Assembly: GCA_934148015.1 (NCBI GenBank)
Contig: CAKPCU010000001.1
Coordinates: 95,941 to 159,940 of the forward strand
DNA length: 64,000 nucleotides
Reading direction: 5' to 3'
From: an uncultured Bacilli bacterium
GTDB lineage: Bacteria > Bacillota_I > Bacilli_A > RF39 > UBA660
The notes beneath the pieces are model-generated. The model saw only the letters and a list, made by a program, of their open reading frames with translations, ran no database searches and had not been told where the DNA came from. A program made the translations under genes and the position numbers. Shown here in pieces: positions 41,564 to 51,343 of the stretch (the stretch's first letter is position 1; the number at the start of each line of letters is the position of its first letter).

Positions 41564-41659
41564 ATTACTTATCATAAATAAAGAAATAATAGTAAATATA
41601 TTTGATATTTATAATATAATGTGATAAAATACTATTAGCTAATTTAAGGAGGAGTTATT

Positions 41660-41869
41660 ATGCTTACTGTATTAATGATAGTATCTGTTTTACTTATTAT
41701 TATTGTACTGCTTCAAAGTGAAAAAGCTGAAAGTGGAAACATTATAACAGGTGGTAACGCTGATTTATTTATGAATAGAAAAGAACGTGGAGGAGAGTTA
41801 TTTATTACACGTTTAACTTACGCACTTGGCATTATTTTCTTTGTTTTGTGTATAATAATGGACATGTAA
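41660..41869 (+). CDS. secG: Preprotein translocase subunit SecG
   Basis: 69 aa, two TM segments, and a conserved position before rnr-smpB. Confidence 0.8.
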   Translation: MLTVLMIVSVLLIIIVLLQSEKAESGNIITGGNADLFMNRKERGGELFITRLTYALGIIFFVLCIIMDM

Positions 41870-41874
41870 GATAA

Positions 41875-41903
41875 AAAAGGCTTTTAATTAAGTCTTTTTT
41901 TTT
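41875..41903 (+). terminator. Intrinsic terminator after secG
   Basis: AAAAGGCTT (41875-41883)/AAGTCTTTT (41890-41898), with one G-U pair, followed by a T run. Confidence 0.55.
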
Positions 41904-41937
41904 CTATAATAGTAGTGTATAGAAAGTAGGGTATAAT

Positions 41938-44076
41938 ATGAAAAACAGAATATTAAATATATTAAAGGAAGAAAATAAAGCTTATAGTGCTATAGAACTT
42001 AAAGATATACTAGGTCTTAATACAACAGAAGAAATTACTATGATGATGAATACTTTAAATGAATTAGAAAGTGATTTAACAATTTATCATACTAATAAAG
42101 ATAAATATATTGATTTTGAATATAGTCATTTAAAGAAAGGTAAGCTAGATTTAAATGATAAAGGATATGGATTTGTTGTTTTAAAAGATGAACCTGATAT
42201 ATATATAGATGCTAAAAATATTAATCATGCAACAGATGGAGATTTAGTAATAGCAGAAGTAATTAGTAAAACTTCTGGTGCTAAAAAAGAAGGAAGAATT
42301 TTAAGAATTGCTAAAAGAAGTTATGGACCATTAATTGGAGAATTTGTAAATCAAGATGGAAAACCAACTATAATTCCTAATGATAAGAAGTTTAAGCAAA
42401 AAGTTGTATTAACTAAGGAAAGTACTAAAGACTGTGTAGAGGGCCATATAGTGGTTGTAGATGTTATTAAAGAGTTAGATAGAAATACTGTACTTGGTGA
42501 AATAACTACCATAATAGGTCATAAAAATGATGCTGGAGTGGATATAGAAGCTATAATATATAAACATATGTTTTCTCCTAAGTTCCCTGATGAAGTTTTA
42601 GAAGAGGTAGAAAAAATACCTAATGAAGTAAGATTAGAGGATAAAAAAGGAAGACGTGATTTAACAGATTTAACTATATTTACCATAGATGGATTAGATA
42701 CTAAAGATATAGATGATGCTATTTCTATAAAAAAATTAAAAAATGGTAATTATGAACTTGGTGTACATATAGCTGATGTATCATATTATGTAAAACCAGG
42801 AACTAAATTATATGATGAAGCTTATGAAAGAGGAACTAGTGTATATTTAGTAGATAGAGTTGTTCCTATGCTTCCACATAAGCTTTCAAATGGAATTTGC
42901 TCACTAAACCCAGGAGTAGAACGTTTAGCACAAAGCTGCGTTATGGAGATAAATAGTAAGGGTAAGGTTGTATCACATGATATATTTGAAAGTGTAATTA
43001 AATCAAGAAAACAAATGAATTATAGAGATGTTAATAAATGGCTAGATGAGAAAATAGTAGTAGATGGTTATGAAGAATTTACTAGTGACTTAACTCTTAT
43101 GAAGGAACTTGCAGATATATTAAGAAAACAAAGAAGTATTAGGGGTGCAATTGATTTTGATACGGATGAAGCTAAAATAATAGCAGATGATACTGGAAAA
43201 CCAATCGATGTTGTTTTAAGAGAACGTGCATCTGGGGAAAAGATGATAGAAGATTTTATGATTGCAGCAAATGAAACAGTAGCATCGCACATATTTTATA
43301 TGTCTCTTCCTTTTGTATATCGTGTTCATGGAACTCCTAAAGAAGAAAAAGTAAATGATTTTCTAAATTTTGTAAGTTCATTAGGATATAAAATTACTGG
43401 TAAGGTAGATATAAATAAACCATATTCTATACAAAAAGTTTTAGATCAATTAAGAACAAAAAAAGAATATAAAATATTATCTTCTTTAATGCTTAGAGCA
43501 ATGCAAAAGGCAGTATATCAAACAGATAATATAGGACATTTTGGATTAGCTAGTAAAATATATACTCACTTTACATCTCCAATTAGAAGATTCCCAGATA
43601 CTACTGTTCATCGTCTTCTTAGAACATATTTATATGAAAATGATGAATCTAAGAAAACAATAGATTATTTTAAAGAATATTTACCAGTTTTAACTGAGCA
43701 TGCTTCACTAAAGGAAAGAGATGCAATAGATTGTGAAAGAGAAGTAGAAGATATGAAAATGGCTGAATATATGATGGATCATATTGGAGAAGAATATACT
43801 GGAATGATTAGTGGTGTTACTTCATTTGGTATGTTTGTCTCACTTCATAACATGATAGAAGGCTTAGTTCATATTAGTGATATAGAAGGAGATTATTATA
43901 ATTTTGATGAAACAACAATGTCTTTAGTTGGTCAAAAACATAAGAAAAGATATAGAATAGGTGATGAGGTTACTGTAATAGTTAAATCTGCATCTAAAGA
44001 GGAATCATTTATAGATTTTGTACTTAAAAAGGAAGAAGATAAAAATGAGGAAGAACAGGAAAATACTACAATTTAG
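41938..44076 (+). CDS. rnr: Ribonuclease R
   Basis: Cold-shock-like domains, RNB core (TIDGLDTKDIDDAIS, HFGLASKIYTHFTSPIRRFPD), and a C-terminal S1 domain. Confidence 0.95.
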   Translation: MKNRILNILKEENKAYSAIELKDILGLNTTEEITMMMNTLNELESDLTIYHTNKDKYIDFEYSHLKKGKLDLNDKGYGFVVLKDEPDIYIDAKNINHATDGDLVIAEVISKTSGAKKEGRILRIAKRSYGPLIGEFVNQDGKPTIIPNDKKFKQKVVLTKESTKDCVEGHIVVVDVIKELDRNTVLGEITTIIGHKNDAGVDIEAIIYKHMFSPKFPDEVLEEVEKIPNEVRLEDKKGRRDLTDLTIFTIDGLDTKDIDDAISIKKLKNGNYELGVHIADVSYYVKPGTKLYDEAYERGTSVYLVDRVVPMLPHKLSNGICSLNPGVERLAQSCVMEINSKGKVVSHDIFESVIKSRKQMNYRDVNKWLDEKIVVDGYEEFTSDLTLMKELADILRKQRSIRGAIDFDTDEAKIIADDTGKPIDVVLRERASGEKMIEDFMIAANETVASHIFYMSLPFVYRVHGTPKEEKVNDFLNFVSSLGYKITGKVDINKPYSIQKVLDQLRTKKEYKILSSLMLRAMQKAVYQTDNIGHFGLASKIYTHFTSPIRRFPDTTVHRLLRTYLYENDESKKTIDYFKEYLPVLTEHASLKERDAIDCEREVEDMKMAEYMMDHIGEEYTGMISGVTSFGMFVSLHNMIEGLVHISDIEGDYYNFDETTMSLVGQKHKKRYRIGDEVTVIVKSASKEESFIDFVLKKEEDKNEEEQENTTI

Positions 44077-45196
44077 TGTAATTATAACTTTACTATTAAT
44101 TATAGTCCTATTATTTGCTTGGTACGTAAGTTTTAGTAAGAAAAGTAAAGAAGTTAAAATTAAAGTGGAAAATAAAACGACTACTAAAATAACTAAAAAG
44201 GCTGAAAAAGAATCAAAGGAACTATCACTCGTGATGGTAGGAGATTGTTTAATACATAGATTTGTTTATACTGATGCAAAGGAAAGTGATGGAACATATA
44301 ATTTTGATAAAATGTTTACTGAGGTAAAAGACTTAATTTATGGACATGACTTAGCATATTATAATCAAGAAAGTAATATTGGCGGAAAAAGTCTTGGTTT
44401 ATCTGCATATCCTAGGTTTAATTCACCTGAAGAAATAGGCGATACTATGGTTAATTTGGGATTTAATTTAGTTAGTTTGGCTAATAATCATACTATGGAT
44501 AAGAAAGAGGCAGGTGTAATAAATTCGGTTAATTATTGGAAAACCAAACCTGGTGTTTACTATTCAGGAGAAGCTTTATCAGAAAGCGATAGAAATGATA
44601 ATATAAAGGTTTTAGAAAAGAATGGAATAAAATATGCCTTTTTATCTTATACTACTGTAACAAATGGATTAGTTCCTGATAATGGTAAGGAATATCTAAC
44701 TAATATATATTCAGATGAAAAAGCAAAAAGTGATATTGATAGAATAAAAGATAAGGCAGATTTTATAATAGTTGCAATGCACTGGGGAGAAGAATATGTA
44801 ACTGATCCAAATGAAAGTCAAAAGAAAATTGCATCTTATTTATCTAGTTTAGAAGTTAATTTAATAATTGGTAATCATGCTCACAGTATACAGCCAGTCC
44901 AGATGATAGGAGATACTTTGGTGTTTTATGCACTTGGTAACTTTATATCTGCACAAGATACACCAAATAAACTAACAGGTGCTATAGCTTATGTTAAGGT
45001 GAAGCTTGAAGATAATAAGATTAAATTTTATGATATTAATGCCGACTTAATCTATACATATTTTAAGGGAGGTAAAAATTTCAAAGTATATCCTTATACA
45101 AAATTAGATAATAGTATTTTAAATAATTATGAAATATATTATAATAAATATAAAGAAGTATTGAATAAATATTCTGATATTATAAGGGTGAAATAA
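44045..45196 (+). CDS. CapA-family (poly-gamma-glutamate synthesis/metallophosphatase-like) membrane-anchored protein
   Basis: N-terminal TM segment, [32 protein letters not shown] 44045 overlaps the rnr end. Confidence 0.75.
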   Translation: MRKNRKILQFSVIITLLLIIVLLFAWYVSFSKKSKEVKIKVENKTTTKITKKAEKESKELSLVMVGDCLIHRFVYTDAKESDGTYNFDKMFTEVKDLIYGHDLAYYNQESNIGGKSLGLSAYPRFNSPEEIGDTMVNLGFNLVSLANNHTMDKKEAGVINSVNYWKTKPGVYYSGEALSESDRNDNIKVLEKNGIKYAFLSYTTVTNGLVPDNGKEYLTNIYSDEKAKSDIDRIKDKADFIIVAMHWGEEYVTDPNESQKKIASYLSSLEVNLIIGNHAHSIQPVQMIGDTLVFYALGNFISAQDTPNKLTGAIAYVKVKLEDNKIKFYDINADLIYTYFKGGKNFKVYPYTKLDNSILNNYEIYYNKYKEVLNKYSDIIRVK

Positions 45197-45198
45197 TA

Positions 45199-45639
45199 AT
45201 GATAGAGATAAAAAATAAAAAAGCAAACTTTGATTATTTTATTGAAGAGACTTATGAAGCTGGAATAGCTTTAACTGGTACTGAAATAAAGTCAATTAGA
45301 AAAGGTAGTTGTAATTTAAAAGATTGTTATGCAAGAGTAAAAAATAGAGAGGTTTTCTTAATTAATATGTTTATAGGTGTATATGAAGAAGGTAACCGAT
45401 TCAATCATGATGAAAGAAGACAGCGAAAATTACTTTTACATAAAAAAGAAATACTTAAGATAAGAGATAGGGTAGAAAAGGAAGGATATTCTTTAGTTCC
45501 TTTAAAACTTTATTTAAAAAATGGTAGAGCTAAAGTTTTAATAGGTATTGCAAAGGGTAAGAAAAACTATGATAAAAGGCAATCTATTAAGGAAAAGGAT
45601 ATTAAAAGAGATTTAGAAAAATCTAAATATAGATATTAA
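45199..45639 (+). CDS. smpB: SsrA-binding protein
   Basis: [27 protein letters not shown] and a basic C-terminal tail. Confidence 0.95.
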   Translation: MIEIKNKKANFDYFIEETYEAGIALTGTEIKSIRKGSCNLKDCYARVKNREVFLINMFIGVYEEGNRFNHDERRQRKLLLHKKEILKIRDRVEKEGYSLVPLKLYLKNGRAKVLIGIAKGKKNYDKRQSIKEKDIKRDLEKSKYRY

Positions 45640-45666
45640 AAAAAGACTTCAGTAGAAAGTCTTTTT
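45640..45666. terminator. Bidirectional terminator between smpB (+) and the glycosidase gene (-)
   Basis: AAGACTT (45643-45649)/AAGTCTT (45657-45663), flanked by A and T runs. Confidence 0.65.
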
Positions 45667-46954
45667 ATTCTGCAACAATAAATGATGTTGCTATAGCTCT
45701 TGTTCTGTGTTTTAGACCGCCATTTATAGGATCATTAATATAACAGTAATTAGCATTACAAGAAGTATTATATTTTAATGCTTCAGCTTTTGGAAGAACC
45801 ATTACACTGGACGTTCCACCATCTAAGTTAGCAGCATTAACAGCTCCGTAGTTACTCATAATTTCGGTTAAATCTACCATATCGGCACCCTTAGTTCTTG
45901 TTGAATTACTATCTACAACTAGGAGTAATACAATTCCATCACTTCTTTGTCCAATTGCAGTTCTGGCAGCATATCCCCATCCACCATTACCTTTTATAAA
46001 TGATTTTTTTCCATTAACTATTAGGAAAGGCCCCCAAGTTACAGCATCTCTAACTCCTGCTTGAATAGCCTTTTGTGCTGTTGACTTCATTAAGACTAAT
46101 ACATTATCATTAGTCATTCCAATTATTCCTCCACCTTGTGAGTAAGAACCATATGTGTTATTAGTTACTATTTTACCATTAGAAATTGTTATACCTGTAG
46201 GAGAGCCACCAGTACTATTATAACCAGGATCATAAAAACCACCACCATTTATTGCAAGTAATGCGTTATGATTTTCTGCCATTTTAGTAACATATTGACC
46301 ATTTCTACCAATAGCAGAAGTAACGGCTACTTTAACTAAAGAAGGATCGTATATAGCAGCTAAATAACCTTTTTGTCCATTAACAGTTAAATCTATAATT
46401 TTGTACTTAGCTTTTTTATCGCGTTTAAGTATTGCTTTTTCATATTCATTATCATATGTTATTTCTTCTTCCTTTTTAATCAAGTCTTTATTTGTTTCTT
46501 CTTCTACTTCAATAATATAGTTGCCATTAAGTACTTTATTTATTTCATCATCATTATAAAACCATTGGCATAAATATTGATGATTCATTGTTTTCATAGC
46601 TGTTGATATAAGCCAGTTTTTAAATGATTTATTAGGCCCATAAAGAAGTACAATAAATGTTATACATCCAGCAACATAAAGTATTGTTACTATATATTTA
46701 ATTGCTGATAAAACCTTTTTTCCTTTACTCTTCTTAGTTTTTTTACCTTTTCTCTTTAATATAAAAATACCAACTATGAATAAGTATATTAGCAGAGCTA
46801 ATATTATATATATAATATTACTAACAGTATTAGTTATTAGTCTTTTACTATGTGTTGATATAATTGTAAGTACACATAATATTGGTATTAGTATAATAGG
46901 AATTATCCTAAATATTATTTTTTTCCCTTTTTTATTCTTCTTACTTTCTTTCAT
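45665..46954 (-). CDS. Phosphodiester glycosidase (NAGPA/DUF2233) family protein with N-terminal TM segments
   Basis: LLAINGGGFYDPG, TWGPFLIVNGK, ARTAIGQRSDG, NLDGGTSS. ATG 46954 with SD ggtga is preferred; the GTG at 46969 is possible. Confidence 0.75.
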   Translation of the reverse strand: MKESKKNKKGKKIIFRIIPIILIPILCVLTIISTHSKRLITNTVSNIIYIILALLIYLFIVGIFILKRKGKKTKKSKGKKVLSAIKYIVTILYVAGCITFIVLLYGPNKSFKNWLISTAMKTMNHQYLCQWFYNDDEINKVLNGNYIIEVEEETNKDLIKKEEEITYDNEYEKAILKRDKKAKYKIIDLTVNGQKGYLAAIYDPSLVKVAVTSAIGRNGQYVTKMAENHNALLAINGGGFYDPGYNSTGGSPTGITISNGKIVTNNTYGSYSQGGGIIGMTNDNVLVLMKSTAQKAIQAGVRDAVTWGPFLIVNGKKSFIKGNGGWGYAARTAIGQRSDGIVLLLVVDSNSTRTKGADMVDLTEIMSNYGAVNAANLDGGTSSVMVLPKAEALKYNTSCNANYCYINDPINGGLKHRTRAIATSFIVAE

Positions 46955-47003
46955 TACTTCTATCACCAAAATTATTATACATTATATGACAAAATATGAC
47001 AAC

Positions 47004-47031
47004 TTGAAATTTGAAAATAATATGATATAAT
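47004..47031 (+). promoter_or_regulatory. Extended -10 sigma-A promoter of ssrA
   Basis: TTGAAA (47004-47009), a 16-nt spacer, then TGATATAAT (47023-47031). Confidence 0.55.
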
Positions 47032-47048
47032 ATTATTGTTATTTAAAT

Positions 47049-47400
47049 GGGGCTGTTATTGGTTTCGACAGATATTAAACATATTAAGTTGCAAGTGGAA
47101 GGTACTCCTTAAGTACAAACAAAAAATAAATAACAGAAATTATAATCAAGCTTACGCATTTGCTTAATTAGCGTAGCGCTTCTTAAATTATTTTACTCAC
47201 GGATTTTTTAAGAGGCTCATTTTAGTGAGTTATATTATTTTATTTGTTTAGGGTAGAATAATGAATTTTACTAAACTCGTTATTTGGTGGGGTATGTTAA
47301 CTACCTTTATCATTTAATTAAATTTAATAGTTAACTAAACTTGTAGATGCTTAATATAATTGGTATTTGGACACGAGTTCAAATCTCGTCAGCTCCACCA
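47049..47400 (+). ncRNA. ssrA: tmRNA (SsrA)
   Basis: 5' GGGGCTG..GGTTTCGAC and a 3' tRNA-like end GGACACGAGTTCAAATCTCGTCAGCTCCACCA. The internal tag frame ends ..NNRNYNQAYAFA with TAA at 47165-47167. Near smpB. Confidence 0.95.
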
Positions 47401-47441
47401 ATTGATAGTAAACCCAAACTTTTTGGGCTTAAGTAATAGAT

Positions 47442-47465
47442 ACTAACAGAAATGTTAGTTTTTTG
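47442..47465 (+). terminator. Intrinsic terminator after ssrA
   Basis: ACTAACA (47442-47448)/TGTTAGT (47453-47459), followed by TTTTT. Confidence 0.6.
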
Positions 47466-47487
47466 TTTATTATGAATGAGGTGAAAA

Positions 47488-47859
47488 ATGATTTTTAGAA
47501 GAAATTATAATTATAGATTTATTTCAAAAGAATGTTTTGATTTTAAATGTTTAGAAATAGCGACATTTAATGATATATATAGAAAATATAAGATTGTTAA
47601 ATATAAAAAGAATGATGAAATATTTTTAACCGAAGTAACATCTGAAAATTTACTTAAAAATATAGAAAATATTATTAATATATATGATGCGGAAAAAATA
47701 GTATCTAGTTGCATTGGATTTGATGGAGAATACGAAGATTTAACTTATTATCATATTTCTGATTTATATTTTATCGAATTTTCAGATGATGTTTCAGGCA
47801 ACGAAAATGAAAATGAATTAATAGAAAAAGAATTGAAAAAAATAGGTTTAATTCAATAG
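47488..47859 (+). CDS. Hypothetical protein (no recognisable domain)
   Basis: 123-codon ORF with RBS gaggtga. Confidence 0.5.
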   Translation: MIFRRNYNYRFISKECFDFKCLEIATFNDIYRKYKIVKYKKNDEIFLTEVTSENLLKNIENIINIYDAEKIVSSCIGFDGEYEDLTYYHISDLYFIEFSDDVSGNENENELIEKELKKIGLIQ

Positions 47860-47952
47860 AATAAATCAGTAATTAAGGGTAAAAAATTTGATATATTGAA
47901 AAAAATATAAAATAGTATATAATATACCATTATATCAATCAGGGAGAAAACC

Positions 47953-48975
47953 ATGAAAAAAGATTTTACTTGTACGAATATATCAAAAAATACGTTTAAT
48001 CAATTATATATAACAGACAAACAGCAGTTAGAAAAAATAGAAGATACAAACATAAGATTAAGATGTTATGTGGATGATTTTTTGATAGCTATAATGGAAT
48101 TAGGAAAGATAAAAGATAAATCCATTAATTATTTGGTTAGAATAAGAGAAAACTTAATATTAGATAATTATGATAATTTATTTGATGTTTTCAAAGAATT
48201 AGTGCAATATAAAAATAATATTTTTGGACTAGAACTAACGTTATCTTCTAAAGTGAAAGAAGATGACTTCAAAAAGCTAACTCAATTTTTACAATGCATC
48301 ACTTTAAAGTTTGATCTAAAATTAAATTTAGGAAGTATGAAAGTATTTAATGAAAAACAACTAAATACACTAAAAAATATAAATAAAAATTTAAATATTA
48401 AATTAAACATTAATCAATTTTATCAAGGAAAATATAGGGATAATAATATGTGTGATAATTCATATACAATAGATGATTTGATAAGTATTAAAGAAAAAAT
48501 TAATGAAATAATAAATAAGATCCCATTAGGTTATAATGATTTAGAAAAGATATTATTTTTATATAAATATTTAGGCAAGAAAGTTAAATATTCTGATAAG
48601 ATTTCTGGCTTGAAAGATGAAAAAAGAAAATCCCATGATTTAAAAAGTATATATGATGTTTTATTTAATAGCAAAGGAGTTTGTTCTAGCATTGCTGCAA
48701 CATTTAGAGTATTAATGGAAGCTATTGATATAGAATGTCAAGTTGTAAGTTCTTTAAGTCATGAGTGGAATGTTGTGAAAATTGATGAAATTTGGTATCA
48801 CTTAGATTTAACATGGGACTTATATAATATTAAACATAATTACCCGTTATCTTATTTTCTTAAAAGTGAAAGATATATTCAAAAAGATAAAGATCATAAA
48901 ATAATATATTATTATGCAGAGAAAGAAGAAATAGCTAGTAGATCTATTCCTATTAGATTATATAAAAAGTTGTAG
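47953..48975 (+). CDS. Transglutaminase-like cysteine peptidase-fold protein with an unknown N-terminal domain
   Basis: C-terminal Cys-His-Asp core in the usual order: GVCSSIAATF .. SHEWNVVKI .. WYHLDLTWD. RBS agggag. Confidence 0.65.
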   Translation: MKKDFTCTNISKNTFNQLYITDKQQLEKIEDTNIRLRCYVDDFLIAIMELGKIKDKSINYLVRIRENLILDNYDNLFDVFKELVQYKNNIFGLELTLSSKVKEDDFKKLTQFLQCITLKFDLKLNLGSMKVFNEKQLNTLKNINKNLNIKLNINQFYQGKYRDNNMCDNSYTIDDLISIKEKINEIINKIPLGYNDLEKILFLYKYLGKKVKYSDKISGLKDEKRKSHDLKSIYDVLFNSKGVCSSIAATFRVLMEAIDIECQVVSSLSHEWNVVKIDEIWYHLDLTWDLYNIKHNYPLSYFLKSERYIQKDKDHKIIYYYAEKEEIASRSIPIRLYKKL

Positions 48976-49032
48976 ATATTTATTTTGACATCTTTAATCT
49001 GATAAAAAATAGAGTTTTTAATTATCTTGCAA

Positions 49033-49057
49033 TAAAAAACAGCGAAAATATTCGCTG
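49033..49057 (-). terminator. Intrinsic terminator for the minus-strand mini-ORF (hairpin also ends the + strand gene)
   Basis: CAGCGAA (49040-49046)/TTCGCTG (49051-49057). The T run is on the minus strand (A run 49034-49039). Confidence 0.55.
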
Positions 49058-49066
49058 CCAGTAAAG

Positions 49067-49228
49067 TTAGTTATAACGGCCACAGGTATTATTGCATCCC
49101 CTATTGCCACCAAATCCCCAGAATAAGAAAAATATTATTGCTACTATTATTATTATCCATAACCAATTGGTTCCATTATTCTCATTATATCCATAATAAG
49201 GGTAGGAAGGATATCCAGGATAATACAT
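49067..49228 (-). CDS. 53-aa Tyr/Gly/Pro-rich single-TM protein, YjcZ-like small sporulation protein candidate (not in the ORF track)
   Basis: RC translation gives MYYPGYPSYPYYGYNENNGTNWLWIIIIVAIIFFLFWGFGGNRGCNNTCGRYN*. RBS aaaggag lies 9 nt upstream, and a terminator follows immediately. Confidence 0.5.
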   Translation of the reverse strand: MYYPGYPSYPYYGYNENNGTNWLWIIIIVAIIFFLFWGFGGNRGCNNTCGRYN

Positions 49229-49305
49229 AAATATACACTCCTTTCTTTATATTATATTTATATAAAGAAAAAATAAATATATTAAATGCCATGAAAATTA
49301 CATAT

Positions 49306-50250
49306 TTATATTATAAATGTGGTTTCATCTATGAATTTATAGTTGGTTTTGTACTTTAATTGTCTAACTAATCTTGATATAGCATCATCTTTAGCTTTTG
49401 CTTCAAGCATTATATCAATATCTTTATCTTGCGTTTTAATTAAGTTAATAAAATTTATAAAATCATCAGGATTTATATAGTCATTATGACTCCTAAATTC
49501 TTTTTTTAGTTTGCTCTTAGGAGAGGAAAAATGCACTTTTGGAAGTTTTCCATTCCAAGTTTCTATTATTTCTTTTAAATAATCTTTTATATCCCCTCCC
49601 TCATTATTGCAAATGAAGTGATGATAATCCAAAACCATGGGTACATTAATTTTGTGACATAATTCTAGTACGTCTTTTACATTGTAAACTTTGTCATCAT
49701 TTTCAATAGCAATACACTTTTTTAGGCAGTCTGGTAATTTTTCAAAGTTATTAATAAATCTTGTGATAGATGCTTTTTTGCCACACACACTAGAACCTAT
49801 ATGCAAAATTATTGTTTTAGATTTTATATTTAGAGCATCCATAATTTTATAGTGATACTCTAATATTTCCACAGTATTTTTAACTATCTTACTATCCATA
49901 CTATTTAAAACAGCATATTGGTCTGGATGAGTATCAACTCTCATGTTATTATTATTTATTAACACACCTATCTTTTTATAATAATCCTTTAAGGGTGTTA
50001 TATAATCAAAATTCACTTTATCATGCGTTGCAAGTGGCACTAATTTAGAAGTTAATCTGTAGAAATGAAAATTATTATTTATATTATATTTAATTATTTC
50101 ATATAATGCGTCTAAATTATCTTTAGTTATTTTTAGCAACTCGTGCGTGGTATAATTATTATTTATATAATTAGTATACGTTATGGTACTTGATGTTGTA
50201 ATATCATTTAATGCTTTAGATAGTGCAACATATCCTAATCTTACTTTCAT
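49306..50250 (-). CDS. uvsE: UV damage endonuclease
   Basis: UvdE pattern RLGYVALS.., TIM-barrel motifs (RVDTHPDQY, ILHIGS, AIENDD, LDYHH, LEAK). Confidence 0.85.
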   Translation of the reverse strand: MKVRLGYVALSKALNDITTSSTITYTNYINNNYTTHELLKITKDNLDALYEIIKYNINNNFHFYRLTSKLVPLATHDKVNFDYITPLKDYYKKIGVLINNNNMRVDTHPDQYAVLNSMDSKIVKNTVEILEYHYKIMDALNIKSKTIILHIGSSVCGKKASITRFINNFEKLPDCLKKCIAIENDDKVYNVKDVLELCHKINVPMVLDYHHFICNNEGGDIKDYLKEIIETWNGKLPKVHFSSPKSKLKKEFRSHNDYINPDDFINFINLIKTQDKDIDIMLEAKAKDDAISRLVRQLKYKTNYKFIDETTFII

Positions 50251-50372
50251 TTTAATCACCATTTCTATTATGGTACATATTATGAATATTTACACTTTTA
50301 TTCACATATCTAATATAATAATGTTTATAAATACTTTAATTTTTTATATAATACTATTAGGAGGTATTCATT

Positions 50373-51293
50373 TTGAACAATAAGACAGAGTACGATTTAC
50401 AAGTTATTAAAATGTCTTTAGAAGAACTAAGGATGAAAAAATATATTAATGAGGAAGAATTAAATAAACTTTTCGAATTATATAAGATGGATGATAGAAA
50501 TATTGAAGATATAAACGATGAAATATCAAAATTTCCGATAGATGGAAATCTTCTGAAAGAAAAAATAAAATTATCAAGTAATGTTTCTAAATTAGCTGAA
50601 GAAACGTCAAAACCAAAAAGCTCTGAGTTATCTTTAGAAAATATAACCGACTTTCAAAAAGATGGCAAACCTTTTATAAAGATCCACTATCCATATCCAT
50701 CTGATGACGTTAGAATACTAGAAAATAGTACGAATCCTTATATTAGTGCAAAAGAAATATTTAATTCTATTAAAGATAAAATGCCTAATAATGTAGAGGG
50801 TGCTGAACTTACAACTAAATTATTTGAAGACGAACTGGCTACGAAATATATAGAACCAAAACTATATAATTATAATGATCAGAATAATTATATAGAGTTT
50901 GATAAACTAACAGAAGAAGAAAAGAAAAATTTTATCGGATTAAAAGAAGTTATTTATAATAATAAGAAAAAATTTGAAGATAAAATAGTAAGAGTTTGTT
51001 TACCTGAAAAATTGGTAATTATTTCGACACCTAATGAACCAACTAAAGATGAAGTTAAAAAGATAGAATTTAATAAAGAAAAGGATAGATATGAATTAGT
51101 ACCTTTAGATTCTAAAGGTTATAAGTATGATAATCAAGATAACATGGATCAAGATACTAATACTCTGGAAAATGATGCATCAAAAGAAAAGCTAAACGAG
51201 GAAGAAGAACTCCAAAAAGAAGGAGAATTTAAGAATATAGATAAGGGTATTTCATATAAAAAGAGAAGAAAGTCAAAAACAGGAAATAATTAA
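50373..51293 (+). CDS. Hypothetical protein (charged, no recognisable domain)
   Basis: TTG start 8 nt after aggagg. 306 codons. Confidence 0.5.
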   Translation: MNNKTEYDLQVIKMSLEELRMKKYINEEELNKLFELYKMDDRNIEDINDEISKFPIDGNLLKEKIKLSSNVSKLAEETSKPKSSELSLENITDFQKDGKPFIKIHYPYPSDDVRILENSTNPYISAKEIFNSIKDKMPNNVEGAELTTKLFEDELATKYIEPKLYNYNDQNNYIEFDKLTEEEKKNFIGLKEVIYNNKKKFEDKIVRVCLPEKLVIISTPNEPTKDEVKKIEFNKEKDRYELVPLDSKGYKYDNQDNMDQDTNTLENDASKEKLNEEEELQKEGEFKNIDKGISYKKRRKSKTGNN

Positions 51294-51343
51294 TTTTATT
51301 TTCTTTTTTTGTGTTATAATACCTATACGAGGATGTGATTTAT

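Noticed and set aside
46776-47030. Plus-strand 84-aa ORF overlapping the N-terminus of the glycosidase gene and the ssrA promoter. Similar cases: 1428..1673, 20717..20911, 31113..31343, 39329..39544, 47511..47714, 50183..50383, 59260..59481.
   Set aside because: It is an antisense shadow of the TM-rich N-terminus of a real gene. It has no RBS and runs into a promoter.
47401-51330. Direct repeat of the ssrA 3' end (attR) or an integrase delimiting a genomic island.
   Set aside because: Only a 7-nt CCACCAA coincidence was seen (within the mini-ORF near 49108). No integrase or recombinase gene is present, so island status is left as an inference.
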